DNA from: an uncultured Gammaproteobacteria bacterium
GTDB taxonomy: Bacteria; Pseudomonadota; Gammaproteobacteria; Pseudomonadales; Porticoccaceae
Assembly (NCBI GenBank): GCA_913060555.1
Contig: CAJXRS010000001.1
Span: 4,231 to 68,230 of the forward strand
Direction of reading: 5' to 3'
Length of the DNA: 64,000 nucleotides
The notes below the pieces were generated by a model that was not told where the DNA came from, searched no databases, and saw nothing but the letters and a program-made list of their open reading frames with translations. The translations under genes and the position numbers were made by a program. Positions 41,674-51,139 of this stretch are shown here, piece after piece (the stretch's first letter is position 1; each line of letters opens with the position of its first letter).

Positions 41674-43445
41674 AGGTCCGGCCCCAGCGACAGATGGATG
41701 CGAAAGTCGGCATCCGGATTGTCGAGGCCGCGCGCCAGATCCAGGCGCACGGGGCCGATCGGCGTGCGCAGGCGGATGCCGATGCCGACCCCGGTGCGCA
41801 GCGGGTCGCCGAAGCCGTCGATGGCATTGCCGACGTCGGCAAAGATGGCCGCGCCCCAGCGTTCGGTGATCCGGTGGTCGAACTCCAGGCTGCCCACCAC
41901 CAGGTTGCGGCCGCCCTCCACCCTGCCCTGGCTGTTGGTCGGCCCCAGCTCCTCGAACTGGTAGCCGCGCACGCTCTGATCGCCGCCGGCGTAGAAGCGC
42001 TTGGAGGCGGGCATGCGGTCGAAACCGTCGGTCAGGGTGGCGCCCGCCTGGCCGCGCAGCAGCAGGCGGCCGGCATCGCCCAGCGGCAGGATGTACTTGC
42101 CTTCCAGTCTGCCCTGCAGGAAGTGAATGTCCGAGCCCAGGGATTCGAAAGAGGTCAACAACTCCAGGCCCAGGCGCCAGCCGTGGCGCGGGAACAGCGG
42201 GTGGTCGGCCTGGCTGCGCTGCCAGCGGCCATGGGGCATGACCAGCAGGGTGCTATCGCTCTCGCCGCCGACGCGGAAATCCTCCTGCTCCAGCTTCACT
42301 CCCAGGGTTTCGGCCCAGCCGGCGCGGACGCCGTGGCGCGCCCCGCCGGTCATGAGGATGCGGCTGTTGCGGCTGTCGGTATCGAGGCGGTCGGCGCTGG
42401 TGGTAAAGGCCAGGTACTCGCGGGCCGGATCGGCCAGCGGAATCCGGTATTCGGCGAGTGCCGACTGATCGCGCTGGGCGAGGCGGGCCTCGGCATTGAA
42501 TCTGTGGCCGACGCGGTTGACCACCTGGCTGTGGCTGGCCGAGACCCGGGCCCCGGTGTCGGTGCTGACGCCCACTCCGAAGCGGTATTTGCGGGAGCGG
42601 TCGGCACTGGTGCGGATCGTCACCGGGATGCGGTTGTCGCGCGCCCGGCGGCGCTCGGGTTCCACGTCGACCTCGGCGAAGTACTGGCTGTCGAGCAGAT
42701 CGGTGCGCAACGCCACCAGGCGCTGCGGCCGGTAGGGATCGCCGGGCGCCAGGGTCACGAAGCGGCGCATGAACTCCGGGTCGTAGGGGAATTCGCCCTG
42801 CTGGCGGATGCGCACCGCACCGAACACATGGGCTTCGCCGGTGTCCAGCGCGAGCTCGATATCGGCGCGGTAAGCGTCGAGGCGAACGTCGATGCGGCTG
42901 GCGGTGAAGCGGGCATCGGCATACCCCAGCTCGGTGGCGGTGGCGAGCAGGTCGTGTTTGAGCGCCTCGTAGGCGCTCTGGTCCAGGGGCTTGCCGGCGC
43001 TCAGTCCGGCACCTTCGATCAGTCGCCGCAGCGCCGGCTCTGCGGCACCCGCGCCCGCGATGCGGAGATCCGCGCTGCCGATGGGGATCACCGGCCCCGG
43101 AGTGATCCGGTAGCGGGCGCGCCAGCCGTCTTCAATGGCCGTCAACTCGGCCTCGATCTGGCCGCGGAAGTGACCGAAAGCCCGCAGCGCCGCCTGGATC
43201 TGGGTTTCCGCGCCGGCGTGCAGGCGGTGGATGCGGCGCTCGTCGAGGCTTTCGTCGTTGCGCTCGCGCCACAGCAGCAGGTGGCGGCGGACATTGGTCA
43301 GCAGTGCGCCCTCGACCCCCTCGATGGCCACCCCGACCCGGGCGGCGCCGGCGGCGCAGCTCCACAGCAGCGCCAGACACAGCAGTGCCCAGCGCGGATG
43401 GCAGCGTGGCGGCGCGGAGGGTCGACCCCCGAAGGCGCGAAACAA
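41670..43445 (-). CDS. tamA: Omp85-family outer-membrane protein TamA
   Basis: POTRA repeats and a C-terminal beta-barrel (...GIGIRLRTPIGPVRLDLARGL...FRIHLSLGPDL). The track start GTG 43658 overlaps the cyclase gene. TTG 43445 gives a plausible signal peptide (…RWALLCLALLWSCAAGAA). The start is uncertain. Confidence 0.85.
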   Translation of the reverse strand: MFRAFGGRPSAPPRCHPRWALLCLALLWSCAAGAARVGVAIEGVEGALLTNVRRHLLLWRERNDESLDERRIHRLHAGAETQIQAALRAFGHFRGQIEAELTAIEDGWRARYRITPGPVIPIGSADLRIAGAGAAEPALRRLIEGAGLSAGKPLDQSAYEALKHDLLATATELGYADARFTASRIDVRLDAYRADIELALDTGEAHVFGAVRIRQQGEFPYDPEFMRRFVTLAPGDPYRPQRLVALRTDLLDSQYFAEVDVEPERRRARDNRIPVTIRTSADRSRKYRFGVGVSTDTGARVSASHSQVVNRVGHRFNAEARLAQRDQSALAEYRIPLADPAREYLAFTTSADRLDTDSRNSRILMTGGARHGVRAGWAETLGVKLEQEDFRVGGESDSTLLVMPHGRWQRSQADHPLFPRHGWRLGLELLTSFESLGSDIHFLQGRLEGKYILPLGDAGRLLLRGQAGATLTDGFDRMPASKRFYAGGDQSVRGYQFEELGPTNSQGRVEGGRNLVVGSLEFDHRITERWGAAIFADVGNAIDGFGDPLRTGVGIGIRLRTPIGPVRLDLARGLDNPDADFRIHLSLGPDL

Positions 43446-43612
43446 CGGCTGGATACCCCTGGCGGATGGCGGCGTGCCGGAAGCGGCAGCCGCCGGGCCA
43501 GCATAGCCGCCGGCCGCGGTACTGCCAACCGCGTGCAGGCCGGCCCCGCGGGCTGTTGGCGCGGCGCCGGGCGCCGCCCGGGGTTGGATCGGCGCTCGGG
43601 TTGGGCAATTGC

Positions 43613-44392
43613 TCAGGGCGTTTCGGGGAGGATTTCGATCTGATACAGCCAGGGCCACAGCTTGCCGGTGACGAACAGGCGTTCGTCCCCGGCGTCCCAG
43701 GCGATGCCGTTGAGCACGTCGATGGGCTTGCCCGGCGCGGGTTCCGGGCGCAGGCCGCTCAGGTCGACCCAGGAGGTCAGCCGGCCGCTGTCGGGATCGA
43801 TGCGGGCGATGCGCTCGCTGCCCCAGACGTTGGCCCAGATCTCGCCGTCGACAACTTCCAGCTCGTTGAGCGCGGACACGGGCGTGCCTGCGTCGGTGAC
43901 GGTCAGCCGGCCGAGTTCGGCGAAGCTGTCGGGATCGCGGAACACCAGGGTCGCGGAGCCGTCGCTCATCACCAGCCGGCGGCCATCCCAGGCCAGCCCC
44001 CAGCCCTCCCCGGCATAGTGCAGGACGCCGATCTTGCGCAGGCTCTGGCGGTCGCGGACCAGGGCCTCGCCGGCGTGCCAGGTGAGCTGGATCAGGCGGT
44101 CGCCGGCGGCGGCGAGGCCCTCGCCGAACTGCCAGCGGGGCAGGGCGGCGCTGCGCACCACCCGGCCGCTGGTCAGGTCGATCTCGCGCAGGCTGGAACG
44201 GCCGCGGACGCCGGTGCTTTCGTAGAGGCGGCCATCGGCCCAGGCCAGGCCCTGGGTGAAGGCATCGGTATCATGGGGGAAGCGCGCGATGACGTCATAG
44301 CCGTAGACCGGGGGTGCATCGCCGGCGGTGGCGGTCGAGCAGCACGCCAGCGCCAGCCAGCACAGGACCCGGAGCCGGCGGTGCCTGTTCAC
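43613..44392 (-). CDS. Glutaminyl-peptide cyclotransferase (beta-propeller type)
   Basis: C-terminal 259 aa of track ORF 43613..45418. Signal peptide NRHRRLRVLCWLALACC, then YGYDVIARFPHDTDAFTQGL..., ELEVVDGEIWANVW and FVTGKLWP. GTG 44392 overlaps the ABC ATPase stop (GTGA). Confidence 0.8.
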   Translation of the reverse strand: MNRHRRLRVLCWLALACCSTATAGDAPPVYGYDVIARFPHDTDAFTQGLAWADGRLYESTGVRGRSSLREIDLTSGRVVRSAALPRWQFGEGLAAAGDRLIQLTWHAGEALVRDRQSLRKIGVLHYAGEGWGLAWDGRRLVMSDGSATLVFRDPDSFAELGRLTVTDAGTPVSALNELEVVDGEIWANVWGSERIARIDPDSGRLTSWVDLSGLRPEPAPGKPIDVLNGIAWDAGDERLFVTGKLWPWLYQIEILPETP

Positions 44393-45441
44393 GGCGCTGC
44401 AGCGGGGCCCGGGGGTGCGGCAAAGGCGATCACATGGGCCAGGTCGGGCCGCACGCCCAGTTCGCTGCCGATGTCGTGATCGTGGTGGGAGGGCACCAGG
44501 GCGAACACTTCCGCGCCCGACGCCAGGCTCAGGGTGTAGAGCATTTCGCCGCCGCGAAACACCTTGTGGCGCACCCGGGCGCGCAGTGGGCTGGCGTCGT
44601 CGTGGACCAGATCGTCCGGTCGCAGCAGCACCTCGACCGGGCCCGGAGCTCCAGGGTTGGAAGCGGGGAAGCTGCCCAGTTCGGTGGCTATGGCGCCGTC
44701 GGGGCGGCGTTCGCCGCGCAGAAAGGCACCCTCGCCGACGAAGTCGGCCACCATGCGGTCCGCCGGCCGGTGGTAGAGGTTGTAGGCGGTGTCCCACTGG
44801 CGCAGCCGGCCCTGATCGAGCACGCCGACCAGATCGGCCAGCGCGAAGGCCTCGTGTTGGGAATGGGTGACCAGCAGCGCTGTGGTGCCCTCGGCGAGCA
44901 GCAGTTCGCGCAACGCCTGGCCGAGACTTTCGCGCAGTTCGAGATCCAGGCTCGCGAATGGCTCGTCGAGCAGCAGCAGCGCCGGTCGCGGCGCCAGCGC
45001 CCGCGCCAGCGCCACCCGCTGCTGCTGGCCGCCGGAGAGCTGGTGGGGATAGCGTTCCGCCAGGGCGGCGAGACCCACGGCGGTGAGCATGTCGCGGGCG
45101 CGGGATGTCCGGTCGGTTGCCGGCATCCGATGGAGGCCGAAGCGGACGTTGTCGAGCACATTGAGGTGGGGGAGCAGCGCGAAGTCCTGGAATACCATGC
45201 CCATGCCGCGGTGCTCCGGAGCGACCCGCCCGGTGCCGTCGGTCAGCACCCGGCCGCCCACCACCACCCGCCCGGCGCTGATCGGCTCCAGGCCGGCGAT
45301 GATGCGCAGCGCCGTGGTCTTGCCCGAGCCGGAGGCCCCGAGCAGGCAGCCGATGGTGCCGGCCGGCACCTCGAAGGACAGGCGGTCGAGCACCGGCGCG
45401 CCGCCGTAGGCGGCGCATACCCCCTCAAGACAGAGGCGCAT
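44389..45441 (-). CDS. ABC transporter ATP-binding protein (Fe3+/polyamine-importer type)
   Basis: Walker A GASGSGKTT, signature LSGGQQQRVALARAL, Walker B LLLDEP, and a C-terminal TOBE-like domain. Confidence 0.9.
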   Translation of the reverse strand: MRLCLEGVCAAYGGAPVLDRLSFEVPAGTIGCLLGASGSGKTTALRIIAGLEPISAGRVVVGGRVLTDGTGRVAPEHRGMGMVFQDFALLPHLNVLDNVRFGLHRMPATDRTSRARDMLTAVGLAALAERYPHQLSGGQQQRVALARALAPRPALLLLDEPFASLDLELRESLGQALRELLLAEGTTALLVTHSQHEAFALADLVGVLDQGRLRQWDTAYNLYHRPADRMVADFVGEGAFLRGERRPDGAIATELGSFPASNPGAPGPVEVLLRPDDLVHDDASPLRARVRHKVFRGGEMLYTLSLASGAEVFALVPSHHDHDIGSELGVRPDLAHVIAFAAPPGPAAAP

Positions 45442-47074
45442 GTTCGCTACCGCGATGCAGCCAGTAGGTGGGCAGCAGGCCCACGGCGACGATTGCCAGC
45501 GCCGGCAGGGCGGCGCGTTGCCACTGGCCCTCGGTGGTGAACTCGAAGATGCGCACTGCCAGGGTGTCCCAGCCGAAGGGGCGGGTCATCAGAGTGATGG
45601 GCATTTCCTTCATGACGTCGACGAATACCAATAGCGCCGCGGTGAGCACGCCGCCGCGCAACAGCGGCAGATGCACCCGCAGGAAGAGCCGGAAACCGCT
45701 GACTCCAAGGTTGCGCGCCGCCTCCTCGATGCTGGGCTTGAGGCGCAGTGCGGCGCCATTGACCGGGGTGGCGGCCACCGCCAGAAAGCGTACCGCATAG
45801 GCGGTGAGCAGCAGCAGGATGCTGCCGCGCAAGAGTCCGGCAAGGTCCGGGAATACCTTCAGCAGCGTGCCGGCGGCGGCGAAGAAAGCCACTGCCAGCA
45901 AGGCACCGGGCATGGCGTAGCCGAGCGTTGCCAGCCGCGCCAGCCAGCCCATGGCGGCGCTGGGCGCGCGGCGCTGCGCCCAGCTCAGCGTCAGTGCCAG
46001 CGCCGGCAGCAGCAGCGCGGCGCCCAGTGCCAGCTGCAGCGAATTGGCCGCCAGCAGCCAGTAGCGCCGGTCCAGGCTGTCGATTTCGCGTAGCGCCCAG
46101 AGCAGCAGTTGGCTCACCGGCAAGGCGAAGGCGAGCAGCCACACGAGACCGCAGATCAGGGTTGCCAGCCAGGCGCCGCGCGGTGCCAGCCGGCGGCGTT
46201 GCACGGGCGCCGCGCCCAGGGTGACGAAGCGTTGGCCGGCGCGTGCCCGCTGCTCCAGGGCCAGCAGGGCGAGCACGAACAGCAGCAGCACGGCGGCGAT
46301 CTGCAGCGCCCCGCTGACCGAGAACAGGCCGTACCAGGTGCGGTAGATCGCGGTGGTCAGGGTGTCGTAGTTGAAGGCCGCCACGGCGCCGAAATCGGCA
46401 AGGGTTTCCATCATCGCCAGCAGGGTGCCGCCGCCGATCCAGGGCAGCGCCAGCGGCAGGGCGGCGCGCCGGAACGCCTGCCCCGGGCGATGGCCCAGCA
46501 GTCGGGCCACTTCCATCAGGCGCGCACCCTGGCTGGCCAGGGCGTTGCGCACCACTAGATAGACATAGGGGTAGAGGGCCAGCACCAGCACCGCCATGAC
46601 GCCCCAGCGGTTGCGCACCTCGATTCCGGGGACGCCCGGCAGGTGTTCGCGCAACAGCGTCTGCAAGGGTCCGGCGTAGTCGAACAGGCCGATGTAGACC
46701 GTGGCCAGCACATAGGCCGGCACCGCCAGTGGCAGCAGCAGCGCCCAGGCGAAAAAGGCCCGGCCGGGGAACTCGCAGAGCGCGACCAGGGCGGCCAGCC
46801 CGGTGCCGAGCACGCTGACGCCCAGCCCCACGCCGAGCACCAGCCACAGGGTGTTCCAGCTCGCCCGCGGCAGCACGTGGGCGCTGAGGTGGGCCCAGAC
46901 TTCGCCATCCGGTCGCAGCAGGGCGGCGGCGACCACCAGCAGTACCGCAAGTGCCGGCATCGCGATGGCCAGCGCCACGAGATGCCAGCCGGCGCCCCGC
47001 TCGGGTCCGCGCAGCGCCCGCGCGGGCAGCTTGGCGGCGCCCAGGTCGGGTTGCAGCGGCGGGGCGGTGGCCAT
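45425..47074 (-). CDS. Iron(III)-type ABC transporter permease (duplicated TMD)
   Basis: 549 aa from ATG 47074, sharing one base with the binding protein's stop codon (TGATG). Two permease repeats with EAA-like loops (EVARLLG..., EEAARNLG...). The N-terminal 330 aa of the track ORF is out-of-frame read-through. Confidence 0.88.
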   Translation of the reverse strand: MATAPPLQPDLGAAKLPARALRGPERGAGWHLVALAIAMPALAVLLVVAAALLRPDGEVWAHLSAHVLPRASWNTLWLVLGVGLGVSVLGTGLAALVALCEFPGRAFFAWALLLPLAVPAYVLATVYIGLFDYAGPLQTLLREHLPGVPGIEVRNRWGVMAVLVLALYPYVYLVVRNALASQGARLMEVARLLGHRPGQAFRRAALPLALPWIGGGTLLAMMETLADFGAVAAFNYDTLTTAIYRTWYGLFSVSGALQIAAVLLLFVLALLALEQRARAGQRFVTLGAAPVQRRRLAPRGAWLATLICGLVWLLAFALPVSQLLLWALREIDSLDRRYWLLAANSLQLALGAALLLPALALTLSWAQRRAPSAAMGWLARLATLGYAMPGALLAVAFFAAAGTLLKVFPDLAGLLRGSILLLLTAYAVRFLAVAATPVNGAALRLKPSIEEAARNLGVSGFRLFLRVHLPLLRGGVLTAALLVFVDVMKEMPITLMTRPFGWDTLAVRIFEFTTEGQWQRAALPALAIVAVGLLPTYWLHRGSEHAPLS

Positions 47075-48087
47075 CAATGGTAGCCGGCACGATCCATCAG
47101 CCGGACCGCTGCGGCCTGGAGCTCGCCCGCGGTGGACAGATTGATATCGTCGGCGCGGAACTCGCCCCAGGCGGCGACCAGGGGGGCCGGCGCGACCTCC
47201 GGGTTGACCGGATATTCCAGGTTGAGCGAGGCGAACAGCCGCTGCGCCTCGCCGGCCGACAGCCACTCGATGAAGGCGCGCGCGGCCTCCGGCCGGGGGC
47301 TGTGTCTGGTCACGCCGGCGCCCGAGACATTGACGTGTACGCCGCGCTCGCCCGCCGCCTGGTCGGGCCAGAACAGGGCCACGGGCAGGTCCGGCTGCTG
47401 GCGCTGCAGACGACCCAGGTAGTAGCTGTTGACCAGGCCCAGATCGCACTGGCCGGCGGCGATGGCCTCGATCACCTGGGTGTCGCTGGCAAACGGCGGT
47501 GCGGCCAGGTTGTCCACCCAGCCGCGCACCAGGGTCTCGGTCTCGGTTTCCCCGCCGCTGGCGATCATGGTCGCCACCAGGGACTGGTTGTAGACTTCCT
47601 TGCTGGTGCGCAGGCACAGGCGGCCGCGCCAGCGGTCGTCGGCGAGGCCGGCGTAGGTGTTCAGCTCCTCCGGATCGACCCGTTCGGTGGAATGGATGAT
47701 GGTGCGCGCGCGCAATGAGAGTCCGAACCAGCGGTCCTCGGGGTCGCGTAGGTGGGCGGGGACATTGGCCTCCAGGATCGGGGAGTCGATCGCTTGCAGC
47801 AGATCCTGCTGTGCCGCCTGCCAGAGGTTGCCGGCGTCCACCGTGATCAGTACGTCGGCCTGGGTCGCCTCGCCCTCGGCGGCCAGGCGCGCCAGCAGCG
47901 GGCCGGCCTTGTCGGTGACGAAGCGTATCGGGATGCCGGTTTCTTCGGTATAACGCAGCAAGAGTGGCTGGATCAGGTGTTCGGCGCGGGCCGTGTACAC
48001 TACCAGTTGCGCGTCCCCGGGCTTGCCGCCGCAGGCCGTGAGGAGCAGGGCGGCGAGACAGCAACTGAGGCGGCTGAGAACTCTCAT
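47074..48087 (-). CDS. Fe(3+) ABC transporter substrate-binding lipoprotein
   Basis: Start set at ATG 48087, with a GAGGA Shine-Dalgarno. Lipobox LLLTACGG. FbpA/AfuA-like body (LVVYTARAEHL..., DVLITVDAGNLW). Confidence 0.85.
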   Translation of the reverse strand: MRVLSRLSCCLAALLLTACGGKPGDAQLVVYTARAEHLIQPLLLRYTEETGIPIRFVTDKAGPLLARLAAEGEATQADVLITVDAGNLWQAAQQDLLQAIDSPILEANVPAHLRDPEDRWFGLSLRARTIIHSTERVDPEELNTYAGLADDRWRGRLCLRTSKEVYNQSLVATMIASGGETETETLVRGWVDNLAAPPFASDTQVIEAIAAGQCDLGLVNSYYLGRLQRQQPDLPVALFWPDQAAGERGVHVNVSGAGVTRHSPRPEAARAFIEWLSAGEAQRLFASLNLEYPVNPEVAPAPLVAAWGEFRADDINLSTAGELQAAAVRLMDRAGYH

Positions 48088-48216
48088 GGGGCAGATCCTC
48101 GTCCAGAAGTACGTCGTGATGGATGTTCGCCTCCGGAACTTGGCGGCGGTTTCGGCATCGTCGCCGTGCCGCCGCTGGCCGGGGCCCCGTAAGTATGCCC
48201 CGGCTGCCCTCCAGAT

Positions 48217-48235
48217 GCGAATCGTTTTCATTTTA
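48217..48235. promoter_or_regulatory. Candidate Fur box upstream of the Fe(3+) ABC operon
   Basis: The minus-strand sequence TAAAATGAAAACGATTCGC matches 12 of 19 positions of GATAATGATAATCATTATC. It is AT-rich and lies about 130 nt upstream of the binding-protein start. Confidence 0.3.
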
Positions 48236-48371
48236 ACCGCACTGGGAGCTTTCGTCCCGACCGCTGGTCGAACCCGGTGGCGGCGCAGATAACATAGGCC
48301 ATTTCAGGTGCGCAGCCGGCGTCAATCTGACTGGCAGTTGATCGAGCGCAGGTGTCCGATTAAGGAAGACG

Positions 48372-48986
48372 ATGTTGAGTGACGAGGAGAAAGCTGCCGT
48401 TGCCGGTGTCGGCAACTGGAGTGCCGATCCCGCCTATCTGGGTGTGCTGCGCGGGCAGATGCTGCGCTTTGCGGCGCTGCAGCTGCGCGACCCCGATCTC
48501 GCGGAGGATGCCGTCCAGGAGGCGCTGATGGGCGCATTGCGCAATCAGCGCTCCTTTGCCGGCCGCTCGGCGTTGCGCACCTGGATATTCGGCATCCTCA
48601 AGCACAAGATCGCCGACCTGATGCGCCAACGGGCCAAGGTCGTGACGGAGAGCAGTCTGGCGATCGACGACGACGGCGAACTGCTGACGCAATTGTTCGA
48701 CAGTGGTGGGCACTGGCACCCGGAGGCGCGGCCCAGTACCTGGCGTGATCCCGACGACAGTCTCGAGGATGACCGCTTCTGGCAGGTTTTCGAAGCCTGC
48801 GTAGAGCACCTGCCCGAGCGTCAGGCGCGGGTGTTCATGATGCGCGAATTCGTGGGTCTGGATTCCGCAGAGATCTGTAAGGCAGTGGGGCTCACCATGA
48901 CCAATCTCCATGTGCTCCTGCACCGTGCGCGGTTACGACTGCGGGCCTGCCTGGAGCAACACTGGTTTGCGGAGGAGCGTCGTTGA
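48372..48986 (+). CDS. ECF-family RNA polymerase sigma-70 factor
   Basis: 204 aa. Region 2 (RTWIFGILKHKIADLMRQR) and region 4 HTH (RQARVFMMREFVGLDSAEICKAVGLTMTNLHVLLHRARLRL). AAGGAAG Shine-Dalgarno. Confidence 0.9.
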   Translation: MLSDEEKAAVAGVGNWSADPAYLGVLRGQMLRFAALQLRDPDLAEDAVQEALMGALRNQRSFAGRSALRTWIFGILKHKIADLMRQRAKVVTESSLAIDDDGELLTQLFDSGGHWHPEARPSTWRDPDDSLEDDRFWQVFEACVEHLPERQARVFMMREFVGLDSAEICKAVGLTMTNLHVLLHRARLRLRACLEQHWFAEERR

Positions 48987-49216
48987 TGCCCAGTTGCGAA
49001 GAAAGCACCCGCCTGATGTCGGCGGCCATGGAGCGCCCGCTGTCCCGGGGCGAGCGCCTGACGCTGCGCTGGCATTTGCTGATGTGTGGGGCCTGCCGGC
49101 GTTTCGACCGGCACCTGGGCTGGCTGCGGCGATCGGCGCAAGGCTATGTCCCGCCCGAGCCGCCAGAACCGTCTGCGGACGGAGCGCCATCTTCCGACAA
49201 ACCTGAAGCCTGGTGA
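48986..49216 (+). CDS. Short zinc-binding (zf-HC2/ZAS-type) anti-sigma factor
   Basis: 76 aa from ATG 48986 (TGATG overlap with the sigma stop). H-x3-C-x2-C motif in WHLLMCGAC. No predicted TM helix. Confidence 0.75.
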   Translation: MPSCEESTRLMSAAMERPLSRGERLTLRWHLLMCGACRRFDRHLGWLRRSAQGYVPPEPPEPSADGAPSSDKPEAW

Positions 49217-49233
49217 GGCCAGTTTGTTGTGGG

Positions 49234-49264
49234 CCGGGGTGCAACGATCAGCGTTGCATCCCGG
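49234..49264. terminator. GC-rich hairpin between convergent genes (possible terminator)
   Basis: 13-bp stem ccggggtgcaacg / cgttgcatcccgg with loop atcag. No U-run. Confidence 0.4.
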
Positions 49265-49295
49265 CTCCCGTAAGTAGACGTTCTTCGGCAATCGC

Positions 49296-49850
49296 TCAGG
49301 GCTCCCAGCGGTAGCCGGCGAAAGCCTCGTTGATCTCGGTTCCCATCAGATGGTTGGCATAGTTGCTCAACACCTTCTGGGTCACCCCGAGCAATACCTC
49401 CAGTGCCTGGGCCTGGCTGTAGCCGGCATCGAGAAATCTTCGGTAGGCGGGATGTTCGGCCACCCAGCCGCGCTCTTCCACCATCGCCCGGGTCAGGGCT
49501 GCCAATGCTGCCAACTTGGGATCATCGGGTTCGCGGCCTTCGCGCAGACTGGTGATCACTTCTGCCGGAGCTCCGGCCATGGATTCGGCCAGCATCGAGT
49601 GGGCGGCGACGCAGAAGCTGCATTGATGGCGGGCGCTGGCGGCCAGGGAGACGACTTCCCGCTCCACGGGCGACAGGCTGGTGGCGGCAAAGCGCTGGGC
49701 GAGCTCCAGGTAGGCTTGCAGCACCGGGGGCGCGGCGGCCATGCCGGCGTAGAGGTTGGGGACAAAGCCGAAGCGCTCCACGGCGTTGGTCAGCATGGGT
49801 TTGGCTGCGGCAGGGGCAGAATCCGGGGTATGGAATGCAAAGTTCGTCAC
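49296..49850 (-). CDS. Carboxymuconolactone decarboxylase (AhpD-like) family protein
   Basis: GTG 49850 has a GGAGGA Shine-Dalgarno 9 nt upstream, giving 184 aa. AhpD-like CxxC motif in ASARHQCSFCVAAH. The track ORF extends to 49988. Confidence 0.8.
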   Translation of the reverse strand: MTNFAFHTPDSAPAAAKPMLTNAVERFGFVPNLYAGMAAAPPVLQAYLELAQRFAATSLSPVEREVVSLAASARHQCSFCVAAHSMLAESMAGAPAEVITSLREGREPDDPKLAALAALTRAMVEERGWVAEHPAYRRFLDAGYSQAQALEVLLGVTQKVLSNYANHLMGTEINEAFAGYRWEP

Positions 49851-50086
49851 GGTCGGTGTTCCTCCGGGGGATGCGGTGGGAATTGCGGGAGCTGGTCCCG
49901 AATAGAGTAGAGTCGCACCGCGCAGAACCACCCTTACGTCTGCGGGTGCGGCAAATTTGTCTGTCGCCGCCGGAAGCCGATAAGGCAAGAAGGTAAGAAA
50001 GTTTCCGCTGACAACGACAACCTCGAAAGCCGAGCGATTGCAATCTTGGCCGCTACAACAACTTCCGGACGAAGGGAGGAGCAGTG

Positions 50087-51094
50087 ATGACGCTTTGGCG
50101 ATGGTGTCTGGCAGGTTGGGGACTGTGTGCGTCTTTGTTGATGGCTGAAGCGGCCGCCGATCCGACCGCGCAGTGGCGTATCGCCTGGCCGCGCACCGAC
50201 TTCTCCCAAACCGCGGTCGATCTCGCCGAGATCCGCTCCGGTGGCCCCGGCAAGGACGGTATCCCGGCGATCGACCTGGCCCGCTTCGTTCCGCTCGACG
50301 AATACCGCGGCGCCGCCGGCGATGAACCCGTGATCGGGGTGACGATCGGCGGTGAGGCCCGCGCCTACCCGTTGCGCATCCTGGTCTGGCACGAGATCGT
50401 CAACGACGAGCTGGGCGGCGTGCCCATCGCCGTGACCTACTGTCCGCTGTGCAACACCTCGGTGGTGTTCGATCGCCGGCTCGACGATCTGGTGCTCGAT
50501 TTCGGCACCACGGGCAAGCTGCGTCATTCCGATCTCATCATGTACGACGGCCCCACCGAGAGCTGGTGGCAGCAATACAGCGGCGAGGCCATCGTCGGAG
50601 AACTGGCCGGCAAGCGCCTGAAAATACTGCCGTCGAGGCTGGAATCCCTGGACGAGTTTCGCGCCCGGGCGCCGCAGGGCACGGTGCTGGTGCCCAACGA
50701 CCCCAACTTTCGCAACTATGGCGCCAATCCCTATGTGGGTTACGACCGTTCGGCGGTGCCCTTTCTGTACGGCGGTGCGTTGCCGCGGGGTATCGAGCCC
50801 ATGATGCGGGTGGTGGCGGTGGGCGACACGGCCTGGACCCTGCCGCTGGTGCGGGAAGCCGGCGAATTGCGCCAGGAGGGGCTCGAACTGCGCTGGCGCG
50901 GTGGCCAGCGCTCGGCGCTGGACAGCGCGCAGATCGCCGAGGGCCGCGCGGTGGGCACCGTGACCGTGACCCGCGGCGGTGCGGATGTCCCCCATGTGGT
51001 CACCTTCGCGTTCGCGTTTTTCGCCTTCAATCCGGACGGTGTGCTGCACACTCCGGAGGGCCCGCTGCGGCAGGCCAATGCCGGCCGCCGCTGA
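50087..51094 (+). CDS. DUF3179 domain-containing protein (secreted)
   Basis: Signal peptide. Family motifs GGPGKDGIPAID, ARAYPLRILVWHEIVND and AVTYCPLCNT. GGGAGGAG Shine-Dalgarno. Confidence 0.8.
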   Translation: MTLWRWCLAGWGLCASLLMAEAAADPTAQWRIAWPRTDFSQTAVDLAEIRSGGPGKDGIPAIDLARFVPLDEYRGAAGDEPVIGVTIGGEARAYPLRILVWHEIVNDELGGVPIAVTYCPLCNTSVVFDRRLDDLVLDFGTTGKLRHSDLIMYDGPTESWWQQYSGEAIVGELAGKRLKILPSRLESLDEFRARAPQGTVLVPNDPNFRNYGANPYVGYDRSAVPFLYGGALPRGIEPMMRVVAVGDTAWTLPLVREAGELRQEGLELRWRGGQRSALDSAQIAEGRAVGTVTVTRGGADVPHVVTFAFAFFAFNPDGVLHTPEGPLRQANAGRR

Positions 51095-51139
51095 CAATCC
51101 AACGAATTACCGCCTTATAACAAGCAGAGGAAATCGATT

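Noticed and set aside
37937-41842. 1301-aa minus-strand ORF and 985-aa plus-strand ORF (39007..41964) overlapping tamB
   Set aside because: These are an alternative frame and an antisense frame of tamB. Both are extremely Arg/Pro/Gly/Ala-rich with no recognisable domains. The TamB frame has the anchor helix, the beta-rich body and the DUF490-like C-terminus.
47075-48064. N-terminal 330 aa of the 879-aa ORF 45425..48064, and similarly the N-terminal 342 aa of ORF 43613..45418
   Set aside because: These are out-of-frame extensions through the upstream binding-protein and ATPase genes. The real proteins start at ATG 47074 and GTG 44392, at the junctions with the preceding stops.
48088-48371. 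TPP riboswitch upstream of the FbpA-like ABC transporter
   Set aside because: I looked for the conserved CUGAGA and ACCUGAUCUGGAUAAUGCCAGCG-like elements on the minus strand and did not find them.
49851-50083. ECF-type promoter (GGAAC-N16/17-CGT-like) in the divergent region between the AhpD-like and DUF3179 genes
   Set aside because: GAACC and CGTCT-like pentamers occur only about 7 nt apart, which is the wrong spacing. No convincing -35/-10 pair is present on either strand, so no call was made.
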